Assembly: GCA_964450845.1 (NCBI GenBank)
Contig: CAYVGZ010000006.1
Coordinates: 1-30,303, forward strand
Length of the DNA: 30,303 nt
Origin: an uncultured Candidatus Bathyarchaeia archaeon
Lineage (GTDB): Archaea > Thermoproteota > Bathyarchaeia > Bathyarchaeales > Bathycorpusculaceae
Reading direction: 5' to 3'
Position numbers and translations under genes: made by a program. Within the stretch, counting starts at the first letter, position 1. Each line of letters starts with the position of its first letter. The notes below the pieces were generated by a model. The model made no database searches and was not told the DNA's origin. It was given only the letters and a program-made list of their open reading frames with translations. This document shows, piece after piece, positions 25,281 through 30,303 of the stretch.

Positions 25281-26054
25281 TTAAATGAAGCTACCTACGG
25301 GTTTGACTTCGATGCCAGCTCTTATCAACCCTTTTCTTATTGTTTCTGCGAGTTCTAGAGCTACAGGAGTGTCACCATGCACACAGACTGTATGCACCCT
25401 GCCTACGTCTAAAACTTCACCATTAGCGGCTGCAACTGTTCCATCTTCAACAGCTTTGACAACCCGTTCAACAACCTTTTTTGGATTTTGAATTATAGCA
25501 TTCGATTGTTTTCTTGAAACAAGACTGCCGTCTGGATTGTAGGCTCTGTCGGCGAAAAATTCATGTGCCACGCGTAACCGATTTTTGGCGGCGGCTTCTG
25601 ATAAAGTGGAATTCGGAGGCGCAAAAACTATCAGGTCAGTGTCTAGTGCTTTTATGGCTTCTATTATTGCGTTCGAGAGCTTTTCGTCTTTTGCTGCCAT
25701 GTTGTAAAGCGCTCCGTGAGGTTTTACGTGTTGGAGATCGAGATTAGCTGCTTTTGCAAATCCTTGGAGGGCGCTTACTTGATAGAGCGTGTAATTTTTT
25801 GCTTCTTCCGAAGTCAGTTGCATTTCTCTTCTTCCAAAACCCATAATGTCCGGGTAACCCGGATGTGCTCCCACGGCAACTCCGTGTTTTTTGGCAATGT
25901 CAATCGTATGCGCTATTGTCGTGGGGTCTCCGGCGTGGAATCCGCAGGCGATGTTCGCTGAAGTTATGTGGGGCATTATTTTCTCGTCGTTTCCAATCTT
26001 GAATACTCCGTAGCTTTCGCCTAAATCACAGTTTATGTCGATTTTACGCTTCAA
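25281..26054 (-). CDS. pxpA: 5-oxoprolinase subunit A (LamB/YcsF family)
   Basis: Motifs IDINCDLGESYG, SANIACGFHAGDP, GAHPGYPD, HVKPHGALYN, EFFADRAY and TVCVHGDTP. Confidence 0.96.
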   Translation of the reverse strand: MKRKIDINCDLGESYGVFKIGNDEKIMPHITSANIACGFHAGDPTTIAHTIDIAKKHGVAVGAHPGYPDIMGFGRREMQLTSEEAKNYTLYQVSALQGFAKAANLDLQHVKPHGALYNMAAKDEKLSNAIIEAIKALDTDLIVFAPPNSTLSEAAAKNRLRVAHEFFADRAYNPDGSLVSRKQSNAIIQNPKKVVERVVKAVEDGTVAAANGEVLDVGRVHTVCVHGDTPVALELAETIRKGLIRAGIEVKPVGSFI

Positions 26055-26057
26055 CTA

Positions 26058-27128
26058 TTATCTCCTTAAACGAGAATGTGGTTTTAGGCTGAAATATTTT
26101 CTCATGTCACATAAGGCAGCGGATGGGACTGACAAATCCTTCATTGTAAGCAGGCCTGACGGCGCGTTGATGACTTTTGGAATTGAGTTAACCACCATTG
26201 CCACTGTGCTTATATCGCCGTGTACACATGGCTGAATCTTCTGCTTGACGTTTGGAACGCCATAAATTGTTACAGCATCATACTCTTCCTCAGCGCCTAT
26301 GTAGGCTTGAAAATCAAGAACTATAATCTCTCTGTTCTTCATTACACCTCTTGCTTTTTGCCTCAAACCCGATGCGTCCCCAGCTCTAACTTTTATGTCC
26401 ATGCTTTCAACAGGTTTTTTGGCAATTACGGGTTCAACGGGTTCGACCGATATCTTGTCAAGTTTCCATGCCAAGGCATCAGCAATCATAGCGATAGATT
26501 GTTCAAGTCCAACATGTCCTGTAATCTGTTTATTTTCGATTTTCCTGCGAAATTCTTCGACCGTTAAACCTGCGCCTATCTTCTTTTGAAAGGGTAATCG
26601 CCTTGTTGCAGCGTTCATGACTCTGACTGCTTTGATTTTCTCTATTTTTTGGCAGACAGCAGTAAGCGTTATTACAAGTGTGTCCATTAGAAAGCCTGGA
26701 TTTATGCCTGTGCCTAAAACTGTTGCGTTGTGTTTTTTAGCGAGTGTGTCTAGTTTTTTTGCAATTTCGTTTTCAGTACAGTAGGGGTAGCTTAGTTCTT
26801 CACATGTAGATATTACTTTGATGCCATGTTTTATGATTGAGGCTATTTGCGGAAATGTGTCCTTAAGGAAGGATGAGGTTGCGTGTATAGCAATGTCTGC
26901 CTTGGCTTTAGAAAACAACGCATCAGCATCAGCCGAAATTTTTATTCCAAGTTTTTTCTTTAGACCTAGAATTTCGCCTAAATCCTTGCCGATTTTGTCT
27001 TTGGCTATGTCAACAGCTCCTATTATTTCTAATCCTTCTTTTTCTAGCAAAAACTTTGCAATTAGGCTGCCAACAGCACCAACTCCATATAAAGCAACTC
27101 TTAGCTTTCTCATTTTTGCCTTCCTCAA
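26058..27128 (-). CDS. NAD(P)-dependent amine dehydrogenase, 2,4-diaminopentanoate dehydrogenase (Ord)-like
   Basis: Rossmann motif YGVGAVG, plus ISTCEELSYP, LGTGINPGFLMD, TGHVGLEQS and GDISTVAMVVNSIP...GLLTMKDL. Start may be ATG 27113. Confidence 0.82.
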   Translation of the reverse strand: MRKAKMRKLRVALYGVGAVGSLIAKFLLEKEGLEIIGAVDIAKDKIGKDLGEILGLKKKLGIKISADADALFSKAKADIAIHATSSFLKDTFPQIASIIKHGIKVISTCEELSYPYCTENEIAKKLDTLAKKHNATVLGTGINPGFLMDTLVITLTAVCQKIEKIKAVRVMNAATRRLPFQKKIGAGLTVEEFRRKIENKQITGHVGLEQSIAMIADALAWKLDKISVEPVEPVIAKKPVESMDIKVRAGDASGLRQKARGVMKNREIIVLDFQAYIGAEEEYDAVTIYGVPNVKQKIQPCVHGDISTVAMVVNSIPKVINAPSGLLTMKDLSVPSAALCDMRKYFSLKPHSRLRR

Positions 27129-27217
27129 TGTTCACTTTTTAGTATGTCCAACTCTATAAAAATGTGTTCGCAAATATCACGTGTTATGTATGATTGTTTA
27201 AAACCTTTACGTTTGTA

Positions 27218-27228
27218 AACCTTTATAT
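27218..27228 (+). promoter_or_regulatory. TATA-like promoter upstream of the hdr-associated operon
   Basis: AAACC-TTTATA about 40 nt upstream of TTG 27265, preceded by a near-identical AAACCTTTAC at 27201-27210. Confidence 0.4.
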
Positions 27229-27264
27229 CTTTGGGAAACCCCAAAATTAGAGAGGACCCAAAAC

Positions 27265-28701
27265 TTGGAAACGCCAAAGACCATAATCTCCAACGAAGAT
27301 ATCAAAAGGCTTTTAGATGTTGAAAAACTCAAATACTGCTTTGAATGCGGCATTTGCACAGCCAGCTGTTCAATGGCAGAATTGCTTGGAAAAGATTACA
27401 ATCCAAGGAGCCTTCTAGAAAAAATTTTCCTAAAGCCTGAAGAGACTTTGAATTCTGATGAGCCTTGGCTTTGCGCTTGGTGCTACAGTTGCTACAGACA
27501 TTGTCCTCAAGCTCTAAGATTACCTGAAATATTTCTATTCATACGAACAACTGCCATAAAAAATGGGTACACAGAGCCAGTTGAAAAAGCCCTTAAAAAA
27601 ATCGTGGAAAACATTCCTTTGCCACTTATAACGACTCTAGTTTGTTTTCATCCGGAACGCGCTGGATTAGATAGAGATAAAATTTTGGAAAAAACTGAAC
27701 AGATGCAAATAGAATGTTTAAAGAAGGAAAGAAGGAAAAAAGCCTCCAAAGGCTCTGAAAAAAAGATTGCAGTTATAGGCTCTGGACCTGCTGGGCTTAC
27801 AGTCGCCTACGAGCTAGCTCGGAAAGGACATAAAGTTACAATTTTTGAGTCTCTTCCGGAACCGGGCGGAATGTTAAGAAAATGTTTACCAGAATATCGC
27901 CTACCGAAAGAGGTTTTAGCAAAAGAAGTTCAGTTCATAAAAGACTTAGGTGTAGAAATGAAAACTGATGTAACAGTTGGAAAAGACTTGAATTTTGACG
28001 ATTTATTGAAGGAGGGGTTTAAAGCCATTTTTGTCGGTTCAGGCGCTCATAAAAGCCAAAAGTTGAAAATTGAAGGTGGAAATTTGAAAGGCGTGATTCA
28101 CGCACTTGACTTTTTATGGAGCGTTAATTGTGGGGAAAAAGTGGAAATTGGAAGAAACGTTGTTGTGATTGGCGGCGGCAACGTTGCCATAGATGCTGCG
28201 AGAACTGCTTTGAGACTTGGGGCAAACGAAGCAGCCATATTGTATCGTAGGTCGAGGGAGGAAATGCCTGCAAATCCATGGGAGGTTAAAGAGGCGGAGA
28301 ATGAAGGGGTAAAAATCGAGTTTTTGGTGGCGCCTAAAAAAATTCTGGGAGAAAATGGAAGGGTTTCAGCTGTTGAGTGTGTTCGCATGCAATTAGGCGA
28401 ACCAGACGAGTCTGGAAGAAGAAAACCAATGCCAATAGAAGGTTCCGAATTTACGCGCGAAACAAATATAGTGATTCTGGCAATAGGTGAAGCCCCAGAC
28501 TTAGAGTTTTTGCCGAAAGAAGTAGACCTGAGTGAAGGTGGCACAGTTTGGGTTAACCCAATAACTATGGAAACAAGCTTACAAGGCGTTTTTGCGGGTG
28601 GAGATGCTGTGACAGGACCAGCGAGCGTGATTGAAGCAATCCGTGCTGGAAAATGTGCTGCAGAGTCAATTGAAAATTACTTGAAATCACTAGGAGGTTA
28701 A
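27265..28701 (+). CDS. Fusion protein: HdrC-like 2x[4Fe-4S] domain plus GltD/SudA/NfnB-like FAD/NAD(P)H oxidoreductase domain
   Basis: C25xxCxxCxxxC35 followed by YNPR, and W68LC70xxCxxCxxxC80P, as in HdrC. Then IAVIGSGPAGL, GGMLR..LPEYRLP, VIGGGNVAIDAARTALRLG, LYRRSREEMPA and GVFAGGDAVTGP. Confidence 0.9.
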   Translation: METPKTIISNEDIKRLLDVEKLKYCFECGICTASCSMAELLGKDYNPRSLLEKIFLKPEETLNSDEPWLCAWCYSCYRHCPQALRLPEIFLFIRTTAIKNGYTEPVEKALKKIVENIPLPLITTLVCFHPERAGLDRDKILEKTEQMQIECLKKERRKKASKGSEKKIAVIGSGPAGLTVAYELARKGHKVTIFESLPEPGGMLRKCLPEYRLPKEVLAKEVQFIKDLGVEMKTDVTVGKDLNFDDLLKEGFKAIFVGSGAHKSQKLKIEGGNLKGVIHALDFLWSVNCGEKVEIGRNVVVIGGGNVAIDAARTALRLGANEAAILYRRSREEMPANPWEVKEAENEGVKIEFLVAPKKILGENGRVSAVECVRMQLGEPDESGRRKPMPIEGSEFTRETNIVILAIGEAPDLEFLPKEVDLSEGGTVWVNPITMETSLQGVFAGGDAVTGPASVIEAIRAGKCAAESIENYLKSLGG

Positions 28702-28705
28702 TATA

Positions 28706-30303
28706 GTGGCTGAAAAGGAAAAGTCGGGCTCTAAGGAAGGCGGCGGAGAAATCCGTATTGGAGTTTATGTTTGCCACTGTGGCTTAAACATTGCAGGTTC
28801 TGTGGATTGTGAAGAAGTGGCAAAATTTGCTGGAACACTTCCACACGTTGTTTTAGCCCAAGACAATCGATACACATGTTCAGACCAAGGACAAGAACTA
28901 ATAAAAAAAGACATAAAAGAACACAACCTCAACCGCGTCGTTGTAGCATCCTGTTCGCCACGCCTTCACGAACCAACATTCAGAAAGACATGCGAAGACG
29001 CTGGATTAAACAAGTATCTTTTTGAAATGGCTAACATACGCGAACAATGTAGCTGGGTCCACTTACATGACCGAGAGGCGGCTACGGAAAAGGTGAAAGA
29101 CCTTGTGAAAATAGCTGTAGCCAAAGCTGCTTTGCTTCAACCAGCAGAAGAAATTGAAGTGCCGATAACCCGAAAAGCATTAGTCATAGGAGGCGGAGTG
29201 GCAGGCATTCAAGCCGCTTTGGACTTGGCTGACACTGGCTATAAAGTCTATTTAGTGGAGAAAGAACCAAGCATCGGCGGAATGATGGCGCGAATAGACA
29301 AAACTTTCCCAACAATGGACTGTTCAATATGCATTCTTGCACCTAAAATGTCTGACGTTGGGCATCATCCAAACATCGAGTTGCTGGCTAATAGCGAAGT
29401 TGCGGATGTGAAAGGATACATTGGCAACTTTCATGTTAAAGTGCTGAAAAAACCACGGTACGTCAAAAAAGACTGCTCGGCTTGTGATGAATGTTCAAAA
29501 GTCTGTCCAGTAATTGCTCCAAACGAATTCGACGCGGGTTTAGCCTTAAGACACGCTATTTACACGCCTTTTGCACAAGCTGTTCCATCGACATACATAA
29601 TTGACATGAACATATGCCTCAACAAAGACGGCGTAATCGTCTGCGACAAGTGCATCAAAGCGTGTGAGAGGCAAGCCATAAACTTCGAAATGAAACCAGA
29701 AACCGCAGAATTTGATGTGGGAACAATAATAGTGGCAACAGGCGCAGACGTATTTGATCCATCAACATTGCCAAATTATGGGTATGGCAAATATTCAAAC
29801 GTAATAACCTCACTTGAATTTGAAAGATTAATCAACGCAGGTGGTCCTTCAGGTGGGCACCTAATAAGACCTAGTGACATGCAGATTCCTAAACGGGTTG
29901 CTTTCGTTCAGTGTGTGGGTTCTCGTTCCGACAGAACTGGAAGATTATATTGTAGTAATGTTTGCTGCATGAACACGATTAAAGATAGCCTACTAATTAA
30001 GGAACATTGGCCTGAAACCGAAATCTATGTTTTCTATGTTGATATACGAGCGTATGGAAAAGGTTTTGAAGACCTCTATAAACGAGCGAGAAAAGAAGGT
30101 GTCGTGTTTATACGGGGTCTTCCAGCCGAGATAATAGAAAACAGAAAAACCCAGGACCTATGGCTTATTGGAGAAAACACCCTGCAAAAAGAACTGTATA
30201 AGATAAATGTTGACATGGCAATCCTTTCTATAGGCTTAGAGCCTAGAAAAGACAGCGAAATAATACAACGCTTGTTAACACTTTCCAGAACCCAAGACGG
30301 ATT
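28706..30303 (+). CDS. hdrA: Heterodisulfide reductase subunit A; 3'-partial, absent from the ORF track
   Basis: Translated by hand from GTG 28706 after AGGAGGT and open to the window end. Motifs RIGVYVCHCG, VVVASCSPRLHEPTF, NIREQCSWVH, ALVIGGGVAG, KTFPTMDCSICIL, two ferredoxin-type Cys clusters, SLEFERL, FVQCVGSR and YCSNVCCMNTIK. Confidence 0.96.
   Translation, partial: MAEKEKSGSKEGGGEIRIGVYVCHCGLNIAGSVDCEEVAKFAGTLPHVVLAQDNRYTCSDQGQELIKKDIKEHNLNRVVVASCSPRLHEPTFRKTCEDAGLNKYLFEMANIREQCSWVHLHDREAATEKVKDLVKIAVAKAALLQPAEEIEVPITRKALVIGGGVAGIQAALDLADTGYKVYLVEKEPSIGGMMARIDKTFPTMDCSICILAPKMSDVGHHPNIELLANSEVADVKGYIGNFHVKVLKKPRYVKKDCSACDECSKVCPVIAPNEFDAGLALRHAIYTPFAQAVPSTYIIDMNICLNKDGVIVCDKCIKACERQAINFEMKPETAEFDVGTIIVATGADVFDPSTLPNYGYGKYSNVITSLEFERLINAGGPSGGHLIRPSDMQIPKRVAFVQCVGSRSDRTGRLYCSNVCCMNTIKDSLLIKEHWPETEIYVFYVDIRAYGKGFEDLYKRARKEGVVFIRGLPAEIIENRKTQDLWLIGENTLQKELYKINVDMAILSIGLEPRKDSEIIQRLLTLSRTQDG

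Noticed and set aside
633-28777. Numerous 60-150 aa ORFs antisense to or nested in identified genes (e.g. 18083-18499, 28098-28544, 20537-21250)
   Set aside because: They are shadows of well-supported genes, have no motifs, and are expected from codon bias.
29320-29340. Possible selenocysteine in HdrA
   Set aside because: The DCSICIL motif uses TGT and TGC codons, and no in-frame TGA occurs in the visible hdrA.

Overview
Gene-dense archaeal chromosome segment. Gene content and order suggest a TACK-group archaeon, most likely Bathyarchaeia (inference, not confirmed). From left to right: (1) a 5'-truncated surface glycoprotein with four tandem Ig-like repeats; (2) two convergent aminotransferases; (3) a pfkB kinase, a small Zn-binding protein, thrS and ilvE; (4) a conserved information-processing cluster (nac, PUA protein, aMBF1, hflX, trm56, tfe, HD protein, DUF2110); (5) an EamA transporter and tRNA-Val(TAC); (6) a nucleotide-sugar/glycosylation locus; (7) a DUF362 fusion; (8) moaE, fused pxpBC, pxpA and an Ord-like amine dehydrogenase; (9) an HdrC-like/GltD-like fusion followed by a 3'-truncated hdrA that the ORF track misses. 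The most unusual signals are the HdrC-GltD fusion coupled to hdrA, two genes whose family-typical N-termini begin at ACG behind Shine-Dalgarno motifs, an amine dehydrogenase linked to 5-oxoprolinase genes, and a 55-bp intergenic element present twice, 14.8 kb apart. No CRISPR array, transposase or integrase was seen. All calls come from motif recognition by eye; no database searches were run.
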